A stretch of 63,119 bases of DNA, counting the filler, from Dicyema japonicum (lineage: Eukaryota > Animalia > Dicyemida): the NCBI GenBank assembly GCA_011109175.1. It is 6 parts of 6 records of this genome, joined end to end, with 100 filler letters (N's around TTAATTAATTAA, not from the genome) between each part and the next. Parts side by side here need not be neighbours in the genome. Positions count along the whole stretch, not along the records: positions 12,557 to 42,099 come from RDEW01000008.1; 5 more parts are not named here. One strand, 5' to 3'. Shown piece after piece: positions 24,691 through 36,799 of the stretch (its first letter is position 1; each line of letters begins with the position of its first letter). The translations under genes and the position numbers were made by a program. The notes beneath the pieces were generated by a model. It had not been told where the DNA came from and made no database searches. It was given only the letters and a program-made list of their open reading frames with translations.

Positions 24691-25719
24691 TCAATCATAA
24701 CTTTTACGAATTCCAATATCAGTCATAACCAATCGTTGACATATTTCACTGTTTTCTCCATATTTAGTTAAAACAAATCCGTATGTCTTATCTCCATTAA
24801 CTTTACTGAATTTCCCTAGAAGGTTGTCGTCCCTAGATTCCTTTAGTACACAATTCTTGTATAGTTTCTCTCTTATGTTTTTTATTTTATCTAAATCATC
24901 ATTTAATTCTTTTTCATTAATTTTTGAAATTTCAGTCCGAAAGTCTTTTAGGAAAAATTCATATAACGCAAAGTCAACATCGTTCCATTTTAAAATTGAT
25001 TCCTTTAAGGTTTCATTAACTTTGGGGATTTTTTGTGCATTTAACTGAAATGATATCAAATCTTGGATCTCCCAGTGAAGGTACTTTTTTAGAAGAAGTA
25101 GAGATAAGTCAAAGTAATCAGCAATCAATATCAAATTAAAGCTTCTTTTTACTTCCAATAGAAATTCATCAATGTCTTTCTGTGAATAAGCATGACGTGA
25201 GTTAAATCCAAGCATATATGACATTGGGTTTCTCATTCTATGATCTAGTTCGTTTTGATAATAAAATTCTGGATTTTTGAAGAATTCTGATATTTCACGT
25301 ATTTTTGATTTATCGTAATAATTATAAAATGAAATATATTGATAAAAGGGATTTCTCAAAATTGTAAAGAAAAATGCATTTGGTTTTACAATTTCCTGAA
25401 TACTTTTTTTGTTAAATCTTGTATGAAAGAATAGCATATCAAATGGTTTTATTTCCACATTCCTGACATTTTCTGCATTAAAAAATGATGTTTTTTCACC
25501 AAAATGAGTTCCTTCATTCGATGGCACAGCTATTTTCAAATTATGACTACGAGCAAATCGGTCGAGAATGTTGACGATTGAACTGCTCGCACATTTATTA
25601 GTCTTTAGAAAGACAACTGTGGACCTTTTTTTAGTTTTATATATTTCTGAGATCTTCAATACAAGTAGAACTAATACAAATAGAATTACAAGCCAGAATA
25701 TACGATTTAATATCCTCAT
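24691..25719 (-). CDS. Galactose-3-O-sulfotransferase family protein (type II membrane), intronless, 342 aa
   Basis: N-terminal TM segment, VVFLKTNKCASSSIVNIL (5'PSB), FHTRFN, TILRNP..S.Y.Y (3'PB), FDLSLLLLK, WNDVDFALY. First true ATG at 25719; the ORF-track start is TTG. Confidence 0.9.
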   Translation of the reverse strand: MRILNRIFWLVILFVLVLLVLKISEIYKTKKRSTVVFLKTNKCASSSIVNILDRFARSHNLKIAVPSNEGTHFGEKTSFFNAENVRNVEIKPFDMLFFHTRFNKKSIQEIVKPNAFFFTILRNPFYQYISFYNYYDKSKIREISEFFKNPEFYYQNELDHRMRNPMSYMLGFNSRHAYSQKDIDEFLLEVKRSFNLILIADYFDLSLLLLKKYLHWEIQDLISFQLNAQKIPKVNETLKESILKWNDVDFALYEFFLKDFRTEISKINEKELNDDLDKIKNIREKLYKNCVLKESRDDNLLGKFSKVNGDKTYGFVLTKYGENSEICQRLVMTDIGIRKSYD

Positions 25720-26084
25720 GACTGTGAACGATCGAAATGGGATATTTAAATATTGATAAATATCAATCAATAATTTTATTATCAATATGCCTTGGATTAA
25801 TTAACAATACTGTTCTTAAAATAAAGTGTGATTTCTGCCTAAGGTGGATTTAAGTAATGGAAACAGTATTTATAACTTGCCTGAAGGGCTTTGTTTTTTA
25901 CCATCAAATATATTTGTTTCATTTTTTACATTTTATCAACCTGACTTCTCTCTCGGACTGTGGGTTCGCCGGTTCGCCAATGTAATGAGTTGCCCGCTTT
26001 TCCAGTCGCTTCAACGCGTAAATGATTTTCTTAATTGGTATCTTGACTCTATGTTTGTGCTCGACAATAATAATTTCTAATGTT

Positions 26085-27320
26085 TCTTTATTATTATTAT
26101 TAACCCAAGAACACCAATAGTTAATTTAATTACTAAATTAATTAAGTGATCTCGAAAGACTTAATCAGAATTCTCATTTTCGCGCCTTCTGAGATCCAAC
26201 ACAACTTCTCTGTGGGTGGGGTGGTTTCTGAAATAGGAATTAGAGAGGGGTGGATGTGTATTGGTAAGAGCTTCACTTTTCATAAGACACGTTGTGGCTG
26301 TGTATTGTTGAGAATTGCAATACCTGCATAGGGTAGCAAATTCCTTTCCATTTTATTGGATAAGGTCTTCAAGTTATGAGGGAATTAGTATTTCTAGTTT
26401 CTCGAGATTACTTATAGTAGTGACTGTTAAGGCCTGAATGTCTCGAATTATTTGTTTGTTTGTCCAGGATAGATTGATTTCCCATAACGTACAGGCATAT
26501 CTGACAGATGGCTCAATAAATTATTTGTACAACAATTTTGAAGCTGGGAAAAGGGTTGTAGTGCCACCGAAAATAGTTTTGATTATCCCTAGCTTTCTTG
26601 AGCAGCTTCCAGAGACAGCGTCGACGTGAGATGAAAAGACATGTGTGTGTCGAAGGTGATCCCCAAAATTTTCAGTTTTTTCGTGAAAGGTATTTTTGTT
26701 TAGTTGATAAATATATCCAATGTCTTTGTCCAAGTCGTTTGTCTGAGGTAAATAAGGGCGAAGAAGATTTTTAAGTAGATATGAATCTTGTAAGGTATTC
26801 TTGTATTCTTTGGGATATCTTGATCACGGGATGATTAATAGGTCATATGATAGGAGGAAATCGTCTTTATTATCGGGTTGTGATAAATCGGACATGTATA
26901 AGTTAAATAAGGCGGGTGATAAAGGCGGAATTTTGTGGGACACCATNTGTCTTTGTCCAAGTCGTTTGTCTGATGTAAATAAGGGCGAAGAAGATTTTTA
27001 AGTAGATATGAATCTTGTAAGGTATTCTTGTAGTCTTTGGGATATCTTGATCGCGGGATGATTAATAGGTCATCAGCATATGATAGGAGGAAATCGTCTT
27101 TATTATCGGGTTGTGATAAATCGGACATGTATAAGTTAAATAAGGCGGGTGATAAAGGCGGAACCTTGTGGGACACCATTGGGTAGTAATCTTGAAATTG
27201 ATTTGGTCCCATCCATGTATGCCCGGGCCCTTCTTCCATTTATGAAGTAGGAAGCCAAAGTTTTATATTTGAGTTTGTGTTAAAGCCTTTTTTAAAACCA
27301 CCGATTGAATACGTTTTTTC
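26085..27320 (-). mobile_element. Jockey/I-group LINE RT and 3' end
   Basis: GVPQGS..LSPALFNLYMSD..SYADDLLI, plus a (TAA)n tail. Confidence 0.85.
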
Positions 27321-27389
27321 CTAAATATAAAATTTAAAAAATAAATAAAATACAATTCGTCTCATCTCTGAATTACGTTCTTTACGGAC

Positions 27390-29300
27390 TATCCTTGTGA
27401 GGATTCCCAAGGCCGTACGACCTGTTGCTGCAGAGGCCCTTTCCAAAACGATCGAAGATGCCCTCCGGACTAACGCAGTACATGATTGGATGCGCTTTTC
27501 AGTTTTGCGCCTTTCGCACTGGGACTTGATCGAGATGGTCACTGAAAGAAGTATCTCGCTACCACAATGAGGACCAACATTCGTTCTTTTTTGGAAGGCA
27601 TCCACATACCCAGTTGTCCCATGGCTTCTAATCGTACGAGGGAGACACGTGGTCATTACTAGGAAGTCGAAGTGCTCCGTCTCAAGAGAACTGTCCGTTC
27701 GAAGTTTATGAATCAGTCATGCAGGCTATCTTCATCTTTACTTTTCGGGGACTACCTAATCCATTCGTATTCTGGAGTACAACAGGGAGATCTCCTTGGA
27801 CTTTTATTGTTTTGTCTTGCAATGGAGAAAATTACCAAACTTCTGTGCTCGCTCCTCAACCTATGGTATCTAAGAGATTTGGAAGTGATAATTCCAGCTT
27901 TGTTGGAGGCTGGACTGGAATTAAATTATACTAATTGCGAAATCTACAAATGAGGACTTTCAGAGGAGAAGTATTCAAAAGCTTTGTCATGTTTCGGAAA
28001 AATACTGCCTGGAAGTACTTCCACACCCAATGAAGAACTTATATTCCTCGGATCCCCGATCATCATAAATGCAATGGGAAGAGCTATACGTGAAAAACGA
28101 CTGTCACTCGGAGAGACTCTGAACCGCTTGTGTCTACTTGATATACATACAGCATTATTCCTTCTGAAAAACAGTCTCAACGTACAGAGGCTTGCATATG
28201 TCCTGAGGACTGCTCCCTATTTCACCCTGTATGACCAAGATTAACGAGATTTTCCTTCCGGACGACAGCGGAACGTATCTTCAACGTCCGGTTCGAGGAT
28301 TACTCATGGAAGCAAGCCACAATGCCAGTGAGACTCGAAAGACTTTGAATTCGGAACCCTTTTGACCTTTCTCTTCCTTCATACCTATCATCGCTAATGG
28401 GCTGTAGCTCCCATGTCAAAAAGATTCTACACTCCCTACCCGAATTCTCAATTGACCAAGACATAACCCACGCACGAGAAGTCTGGAATGCCACCAACCT
28501 TTCCCTACTTCCTTCACAAGACTGCCAGCGAAACCTGGACAATTTATTGTGCTGGGAATAATTTGGACTCTTACTTCAATCAGCCAATCAGCACCGACGC
28601 GCTTGTTTGCTTTCGGGGGCATCCCCTGAGAGCGGAGCTTGGCTAAACGCCATCCCAAATGGAGCTCTGGGCACCTTTCTGGATAATGAATGCGTTAGAA
28701 GTGGTATCTCTCTGCGGCTGGGACTGAAAGTATGTGTACCTTACCCGTGCCGATGTGGCATCCTGATAGACTGTTGTGGCCTGCACCCTCTCGCCTGCAA
28801 GAGGAGCGCTGGAAGATTTCTAAGGCACAAGGCTCTGAATGAGATTGTCAAACGGGCTATGGATGCTGCTGGATACTCGGCCATTCTTGAACCGGTCGGG
28901 TTATGCAGAAGTGACGGGAAACGACCGGACGGGATGACCATATTTCCTTTTGAGGTCGGGAAACCACTTGTTTGGGACGTGACATATACAGACACGTTCG
29001 CCCCGAACAATCTTCACGAGTGTGCTTCAAGGGACTGCTCTGCAGCCGTCAAGGCGGAGAAGGCTAAACTCAGAAAATACAGCGACCATCCCGATAATGT
29101 TCAATTTGTTCCGCTTGCTATGAAGACTTCAGGTTCCTACTCCCTCTCTACACTATAATTTTTCGGACGTCTTGAAAACCGGATCACCTCATCACTAGAA
29201 ATCTCCGCGAACGTCGCTGGCTGTTTGAGCGAATTCTGAGAGGGAACAGCCTCACAGTGAGGACGGCAGCTAACTAATGTTTTGTTCTTAAAATTACATA
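27390..29300 (+). mobile_element. CRE-clade non-LTR retrotransposon (RT plus zinc knuckle plus restriction-like endonuclease), with internal deletions
   Basis: GVQQGDLLG, SGAWLNAIP, CRCG..H..C, RHKALNE, GKRPDGMT..LVWDVT. Confidence 0.92.
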
Positions 29301-29399
29301 AAATTGAATTAACCATTTAAATATAAAGGGAAAATGTATTGATAAACAAGACAGTTAAAAACTATTGGCTGCTCTCATGGGGGTGAGCGCCCTCTGTTG

Positions 29400-29999
29400 T
29401 GTAGGATCTGGCGTATATGACCATTAGAAGCATTGATTTTTAGAAAGAGTGCAAAAAAACCGAATGATAAACTTTAATATCATAAAGTATATCCTTGAAT
29501 ATCCATCATTCATTTCTGAGTATCTCCTTATGTCTATTAAGTCAGCAATATAGCGATCCCCTGGACTTCTAACTAATATCGGTGTTATAGGCGGTTTCGT
29601 GTTTAATAATTTCTTTGCCTATTGTAGTAAAAAAGCAAAAAAATACTTTGAAAAAATACACAATTTGAGATAACTGTAGCAATCAGATCCTTACAAATTT
29701 CGTAATACTTCTGCCTTTTTGGAAAAAATCGGTCTCTACTGCAGTGATTATAATTATGTTCTGACTAATAAATTGAGACTTTCAAGTACCTTTATTATTT
29801 TTAGCACAAATTCGTGTTCTTCACAAAAAAACTGTATTTTTTAGTAAATTATAGGCCTTTCATTGTCGAAAATAAATTTTTAGAGAGTTTCTTAAAGATA
29901 AAGTCTTTCAAGTGGAGTAATGTCTCCTCCTACGTCAAGATTATTACAGATTTTCTTTAATTTCTTTAATTTTTCGTAAGTTAATGGCACTAAACGCAT
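29400..29999 (-). mobile_element. Intron-containing Gypsy-like integrase/transposase (Ginger/GIN/KRBA2-like), degenerate
   Basis: EH..H.SRDR..KYY.I....I...ISNC..(C)Q zinc finger, then KPPITPI..PGDRYIADLID. Introns at 29765-29789 (25 nt) and 29619-29646 (28 nt). Confidence 0.65.
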
Positions 30000-30479
30000 T
30001 TGTTCACTTTGACTGATTATTCCAATAAAAATTTATAAAATTTCTTAATTCAAATTTATTTGAATTTTGGCAATAATGCCAAGTGACTTCAACGTTAGCG
30101 TGGTTCTATGTGACTACTTGAAATAAAGATTTTTTTGTTTGTTCCTTGTGTTCTTCCTCTCCCACGTTTGGTTTCAGTGAGATTGAATTGCTAGCGTGCA
30201 TCTTGTGGTTCACCATCTTTGGTGGTGCCAGATATAATCCTAAAAAATATCATAAAAAGACCATCAGTTGACAACTATCCAGAGGAGTTCCTCCTGGACG
30301 GCATATTATTCAAGTCCGAGTATAAGAAGACTTCTGAAGGAGGCCGGGATCACATGAATTTTTTTCATTCTGACTATGACGGTATTTTTTTGGTTCCATA
30401 AATTCAAAATTTAAATTATTTAAGAAAATTAATAAATTATCGACAGAGAACATTGGATGGACTTAATGATCCAATTGGT

Positions 30480-30600
30480 CAATAAAGATCTACGTGAGAA
30501 TGGATGGATTCGAGATAGTATTTTGATAAATGTTGTGAGAGGAAACAGCCTAACTATTCAGGCTCATTATAACTAATTTTGTTGTTTTTAACAAAAATTG
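30480..30600 (+). mobile_element. CRE-clade 3' remnant
   Basis: RENGWI..VVRGNSLTI terminal motif. Confidence 0.6.
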
Positions 30601-31885
30601 GAGTGTAAAAATTGACATAAGCGGTTTGATTAATTAACTTGTAGTTTAATTGATTTTTTTATTAACTTCGGAATCACCGAGAAAGAAAGACAAAGTAAAG
30701 TCAACTAGTCAGGTGATCCCAGTTTTCGCAACCAAACGTGCCATTCTAAGCCTGTGAGTCTTCATTGTTCCACTGTCGAACGGAAATGCCTTCTTTGATC
30801 CTTGCAGAAGAAGCCGATTGGGAAGGAAATTTCTTAGCTAACCGATTTTCTTTTGCGTGTAACAGTGAGANTCTTTGATCCTTGCAGAGGAAGCCGATTG
30901 GGGAATGAAATTTCTTAGCTAACCGATTTTCTTTTGCGTGTAAGAGTGAGAGGCTTAGTGGGTGTCCATCTTCTTCGCAACTTGCAAAAGCGGAGAATTC
31001 CGGAACCACATCTACCAGTTGTAGATTCCGTCAGCAGGAGAGGTATTTTTGTTTAATTGATTTGAAAGTTAAATTAATAAAATATTTAATTTTACTGTCG
31101 TGGAAGATAGATTTTTCAGTTAAACTCAGTTCTCGTCAACCAGATCCAACCAGTGGGGCGAAGAGTACTTCTACCAAGACTCAGCTTTTGAAACGGATTT
31201 TCCTACCTTCTATCGGATCAAATCCACTGGTGAAGATTACTATTATGAAAAAATCTTACGCCTAAGAGTAAATTGATGTCTGTGATGGTAGGACGTGTNN
31301 NNNNNNNNNNNNNNNNNNNNNNNNNNNNNNNNNNNNNNNNNNNNNNNNNNNNNNNNNNNNNNNNNNNNNNNNNNNNNNNNNNNNNNNNNNNNNNNNNNNN
31401 NNNNNNNNNNNNNNNNNNNNNNNNNNNNNNNNNNNNNNNNNNNNNNNNNNNNNNNNNNNNNNNNNNNNNNNNNNNNNNNNNNNNNNNNNNNNNNNNNNNN
31501 NNNNNNNNNNNNNNNNNNNNNNNNNNNNNNNNNNNNNNNNNNNNNNNNNNNNNNNNNNNNNNNNNNNNNNNNNNNNNNNNNNNNNNNNNNNNNNNNNNNN
31601 NNNNNNNNNNNNNNNNNNNNNNNNNNNNNNNNNNNNNNNNNNNNNNNNNNNNNNNNNNNNNNNNNNNNNNNNNNNNNNNNNNNNNNNNNNNNNNNNNNNN
31701 NNNNNNNNNNNNNNNNNNNNNNNNNNNNNNNNNNNNNNNNNNNNNNNNNNNNNNNNNNNNNNNNNNNNNNNNNNNNNNNNNNNNNNNNNNNNNNNNNNNN
31801 NNNNNNNNNNNNNNNNNNNNNNNNNNNNNNNNNNNNNNNNNNNNNNNNNNNNNNNNNNNNNNNNNNNNNNNNNNNNNNNNNNNNN

Positions 31886-32300
31886 CCCGTAATTCTTTTC
31901 GTTCTGAGGTAAACGTCATTACATGTGACTTTCCTGGTGATATATTCAGACGGTTCTTCAGGAACAAAGACCCATTAGGTTTGGTAGATCTTACACGGAC
32001 CGTGTCGCCTTCTCGATTCTTCGATGTTTCACTGCAACCACTGATCATCCACATACGATAAAAGANGCCCGTAATTCTTTTCGTTCTGAGGTAAACGTCA
32101 TTACATGTGACTTTCCTGGTGATATATTCAGACGGTTCTTCAGGAACCAAAGACCCATTAGGCTTGGTAGATCTTACACGGACCGTGTCGCCTTCTCGAT
32201 TCTTCGATGTTTCACTGCAACCACTGATCATCCACATACGATAAAAGAATTGTGTTTTTGGTGATTGAAGATGGGAGGTCACTGAGGAACATGTGTAAGA
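31886..32300 (-). mobile_element. LINE RT fragment
   Basis: SYVDD..LKNRLNISPGKSHVMTF. Duplicated across the N at 32066. Confidence 0.7.
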
Positions 32301-32349
32301 GCAATAAAATAAATAAATAAAAATAATAAATAAATAATAAATAAAAAGT

Positions 32350-33705
32350 CAAAAATAATGGTGCTACAATGCTATTTCTTCCCGCAAGATTTGATTTGGG
32401 AATTAAAAGAAAAGTCGTACAGGAAAGCAGATTTTTTTAAGCGGAAATGTCATACAAAGGATGCAACACAAACATGTGGCTGTCTTTGGGAGGATTTCAC
32501 ACTAAATTCTACAATAGTGACAAAATTACTCATAAAATGAAGATTACTCACATTATTATTAATTCTAATGTAGAAATTGTATTTACCTATGAATAATTAA
32601 AAACGTTTGATTTGGTTGGCATCATCAAAGAGAGTGAAAACTAGAACTCAGGTATCTCTCTTACAACTGTCTTGAAACCCTTTAGGGAAATCTGGGATTA
32701 CAAATTGTCTGACTTTATATAACATTTCAGTGCTATGACCTTCGTTTTTCTAAGTTTGCCACCATGTTGTGGAAACTGGGGACTGAAATTATGTCATATC
32801 TTTCTGGATTCACTTATGAGACAGGATGAGCTTATTTGGGAGGTTTTTTTAGTGTTTAGGGAGTAGATTATCCTGAGGAGTCGAGCTGTTGAGACTCAGA
32901 GTTATGTCGTATCCGCAAATCAGACTTGTTGGCACAATAACAAGATAATTTGGTCANNNNNNNNNNNNNNNNNNNNNTGTTTAGGGAGTAGATTATCCTG
33001 AGGAGTCGAGCTGTTGAGACTCAGAGTTATGTCGTATCCGCAAATCAGACTTGTTGGCACAAGATAATTTGGTCACTTTGGTTTATTTTTGTTAATAATT
33101 CTGATTGTAGATCCCTGGGGGGAAGTTGTGGCTAAATGTTAGGAAGAGGTTCAATTTATTGTGGCTAATATCGACTATAGCATGACTGGTAAGGTTAGAT
33201 GCTGATTGCCCTAACTTTTACCCAACCTCGATGTGTTGGAGTCAAGTATGTCTCGTTTGATTAAAAGTGGAAATTAATGATGACTTTGTCTTCAGTTTTG
33301 GTTCAGTTTCTTGAGCTCAGAGCAGGAGTTTTTGCGTAGTCGACATTCTGTTGCTCTTACATACTCGATTAGACTTGTACTTCCAGGACGTAAGCTCTTT
33401 TCCTTAATGCAGACGTTCTTGTTTCTCCGTTAAGGCAGGGAGTTACTCGTTACAATCAATTAAACTTTGATGAGCTTGTTGATTTGAACCTTACTATTAA
33501 AGAGGTGGGAGACATTGTGGAAGAAAGTTTTGTGGGACTTCCCTGTCTGTTGTTGTCCACGGTGGACTGGAAGCTGGTCAGTCTATTATGGATTGATTAG
33601 TTTTTAAATATAGCATGTACATGCTCATATTATTCCACGTGCACCAAATGTGGAAAATATTTCTTATTCTTAGCAATGATATGCTTATTTGGAATTGGGA
33701 AAATA
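32350..33705 (+). pseudogene. NitFhit: NitFhit fusion gene (nitrilase NIT1 plus FHIT), unprocessed pseudogene
   Basis: NIT: GATMLFLP, MWLSLGGFH, I|CYDLRF, WE|IILRSRAVETQSYVV, IVDPWGEVVAKC. FHIT: VLPG|HVLVSPLR, EAGQSI, HVHAHIIPR. Introns at 32707-32730, 32843-32866 and 33390-33412. Several stops, frameshifts and mutated splice sites. Confidence 0.88.
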
Positions 33706-33974
33706 TTTCTTATTTTTAAAAGTTTTAGAGTTTCTAAAGCTGATCCTAGGTGAGTTGCTGTCGAAAACCATAAACACAGAATCTTATTTGTTTGCTCATT
33801 GGGCTACCCTTTTCTTTCTCCCGTTCTTGTTGAGCGTCCAATTAGAGTTTATACTTCCTGAAACAACCTAATTTCCAGACTTTTGATAATCGAATTGTAT
33901 CGGACTTTTTGCAATCATCGGATAGCTAATTTTATAACGCAGATTATTCTTGCTCGTTAAGAGATCAAAGTATA

Positions 33975-34282
33975 ATAATATTCGCACTTTCCGAAGAGTC
34001 ATGTCAGTTATAGCTCCCCTCAGGCAGAACACACACTTTATTTAAGCAGAGCAGTTATAATAGCTAATTGATGGAGGATCAAGGAATGCTTTTCACTTTT
34101 TTTTCTTTTTTTGGGTGTATGTCCTTGATAGACAATCCGGTTCCGCAGTGAAGTTCACTGATGACGGTGTCACTCGTCAATCCAAAGCATATTGATGCGT
34201 GGAACCTTCAACCGAAATGTGCGGTATCTAGATTGACCTTCAGGCCTCTTGCCCGGCAACTGTCACACTGCGCCACCGGCAA
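33975..34282 (-). mobile_element. Full-length SINE with 11-bp TSD
   Basis: A-box-like TGGCGCAGTG head, shared core GAGTGACACCGTCATCAGTGAA, RTE-like tail. TSD ATCAAAGTATA at 33964-33974 and 34283-34293. Confidence 0.85.
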
Positions 34283-34537
34283 ATCAAAGTATAGTGAACA
34301 TAAAAACTCAAAGTTGTCGTTAAGAAATTAATCAGTTGGAAGCCATACTGTTTCGTATTACTTCCCCCATATCCAATTGTTTACTTTATAATAAATTACT
34401 GAAGAAATTGAGATTAACGTAAGTAATGCTCAATTTGTTATTTCTTAGCAAACTTAGACAGAACTTGAATTGTTACCAAATCAATAAATTAAGCAATTAA
34501 AATTTCTAAAATATGTTAGTAGTATTATAGTCCACGT

Positions 34538-35317
34538 TTACAATTTATACTTAGATGGAAGGTATTTATTTGTAAAATTCTTGAGAAAATTATCACGTTT
34601 TCTGATACTTGGCGCAGGGATTTTCATATTTTTTTCAATTTCAGATTTTATATCGTTAGATGTATTACCGTTAAGTATAACTACAAATATCACTTTAAGT
34701 GATCCTCTTTGATCAGAATTATCAGGGAGAGGTAATCCTTCATTAGGAATATTATATTTAGAAGCAGAATTGAATGGGATAGGTATGTTTATTTCAGTTA
34801 TCCTTCCTCCCAGCAAAGGAATTAATATTGGAATTTTCAAAATTACATCATAGATTATAATTTTGGCGGTATAAATCAAGTCTGCACCATCTCTTTTATA
34901 AAGAGGATGTGGCTTATCAAAAATTTGAATCGCAAAGTTGATTTCTTCATTTTCTTGTGATCTAATTATGGTCCCTCTCTCACATCCAGGGTGAACATAA
35001 AAGTTAGCGACTTGTTTGCTTAATTCGCCATTTTTAGTCGCATATTTGTAATTCTTTCCTGTCTTTATTTCTTCAAGAGTTAGATCTACGGCTAAAATAT
35101 TTATAGATTTTTTTATTTGGACTGGTAGTTTGGATGGTGTAGAAGTGTCATCATCAAATTTGTTTTCAGAACTAAAAATCTTTTTCTCAAGAACTTCCAT
35201 TTTGTCATTCAGAAGTTCGATTGATCTCCGAAGGTCATCGATTGATTGTATGCTTTCTTCAATAGAGATCATTGAATGCTTACGTTTTTGAGAATCAGAA
35301 ATTATAGATGATTTCAT
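34538..35317 (-). CDS. DNAJB-type Hsp40 C-terminal domain protein with vestigial J domain
   Basis: LTLEEI.TG, DKPHPLYKRDGADLIY, IPLLGG, EGLPLP..RGSL. No HPD motif. 259-aa open frame. Confidence 0.85.
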   Translation of the reverse strand: MKSSIISDSQKRKHSMISIEESIQSIDDLRRSIELLNDKMEVLEKKIFSSENKFDDDTSTPSKLPVQIKKSINILAVDLTLEEIKTGKNYKYATKNGELSKQVANFYVHPGCERGTIIRSQENEEINFAIQIFDKPHPLYKRDGADLIYTAKIIIYDVILKIPILIPLLGGRITEINIPIPFNSASKYNIPNEGLPLPDNSDQRGSLKVIFVVILNGNTSNDIKSEIEKNMKIPAPSIRKRDNFLKNFTNKYLPSKYKL

Positions 35318-35689
35318 GTTCTGAAAAACAGCCTATTCAATTTTTCGAGTTATCGTGCGACGGGAAAATCGTAATTTATGTTAGTTACGGCACTTTTAAG
35401 TTCGACCTTATCGCTGTATTTTACATGGATGAGTAATTTGAATATAGTTCTGAAGAATATAATGAAAATTGACACTTTGATAATTTATCTTATATCTTTC
35501 ATCTTTCACCACGTGGTATCATGTGGCTATTTGATTGAAGATTTCTACACTTATATTGCAAAATAAAGTGTAATCATTACAGTTAATAGATTTGAAATTT
35601 ATGTTTTCTTCATTAAGCAAAAAACTTATTAAATTCCAAAATTGGTAAACATAGTAAAATTTTCAAATTAATATATGAAATTCACATCA

Positions 35690-35990
35690 AAGAGAAATTA
35701 GCATAACAGGATCAAATACTCTTAGGTCGTCCCGGTCATCCAGCGAAGTTAATCTCATACCAGCCGCCGATAGGTTTCAAGTCAATATAGTCGGAAGTGT
35801 CGTTCATTGTCTTTCATGGAATCCGGAATTTGCGTGTGTGAAGTAGTTGTCCATTGCGACATTTCCGGAGACCTGGTCATTTAAACGCAACACGTTGCCA
35901 AAGAGGCTATCTTGATTTGAAGATATCATCTGACAACAGGCCGGATTTGCATTTAGTATAAAGGTTTTCATTATTGATCTTCATAAATCA
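35690..35990 (-). mobile_element. RTE 3' fragment
   Basis: LFGNVLRL..AMDNYF..TTLPTIL. DNA similarity to 20300-20470. Confidence 0.75.
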
Positions 35991-36419
35991 AATGTGGACA
36001 TTATTAAAAAAAACAAAATTAGGATTTTTCTAAATTGGGGACTTGCCTACATGGTACTTAACGTAATTTCACTCCATTTAGTGCCACTTATGAAAAATTC
36101 CCTAATGCTAAAAAATCGATTCAGACATACAGATTCGTAGACAGATGTACAATTTTTTTATTTTATACATAATAAAATTAACAGTTAACCACTAAATAAG
36201 TGCACTCAGGTCCATATTCAAAGAAGTAAAAGGACCTTCTAATACCAGAGATACGTCTATTTAAAACAGTAGGAAGGGAATAAAACATCATGTCTTGAGT
36301 TATGGGAACCTCTCCTTAGAGGTCCAGAAATTGACAGAAATAATCAAAATAAAATCCTATGGTTGATCCTTAAACAGATTTATTTATTTAAACCAAGAAT
36401 TATCGACAAATTAAATCGG

Positions 36420-36570
36420 AATACGTGGTCGTCAGGTGATCCCGGCTTCCTTAAGCTGCCGTCTCATCTTTTCTCAGTGTTCGTCCCGAGTACCGACACA
36501 CTTCCTGTATGTAAGAATCACTTTTGGGAATTTCGGAAGTGTCAATGTGGTCCCCGTTCTTTTTTTTAAT
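36420..36570 (+). repeat. Dispersed repeat starting GTGGTCGTCAGGTGATCCC
   Basis: Homologous to the reverse complement of about 60790-60905. Confidence 0.65.
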
Positions 36571-36599
36571 TTTTTTATTTTGAATGTACTTTAATTTTA

Positions 36600-36785
36600 C
36601 ACCCCGAAAGCGCAGTGTGTCATAAGTGCAGGCTAGTCTTGATCGCTCCTGGTTCTAATCTAAGAGCTGTACATTCCGGCTAAAGGTTGCATGCATCCAT
36701 GAAGCCTGGGTTTAGCGAGTGACACAGTCATCAGTGAAAACCACATCCTGCCTTATCAGTTGTGTGAATTTCTATAAAGTAAAGG
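36600..36785 (+). mobile_element. Divergent SINE copy (tRNA-like head plus shared core)
   Basis: AGCGCAGTG and GGTTCTAATC box-like motifs, core GAGTGACACAGTCATCAGTGAA. Confidence 0.6.
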
Positions 36786-36799
36786 AGAGTTAATGATCC

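Noticed and set aside
24601-25803. 14-bp direct repeat CCTTGGATTAATTA flanking the sulfotransferase as a retrogene TSD
   Set aside because: The left copy reads as LINE RT coding sequence (LIQGFN). The right copy belongs to a repeat also found at 17881. There is no poly(A).
31218-32282. Long ORFs in the track spanning 19371-19815, 31218-32282 and 59739-60110
   Set aside because: Artefacts of translating N runs.
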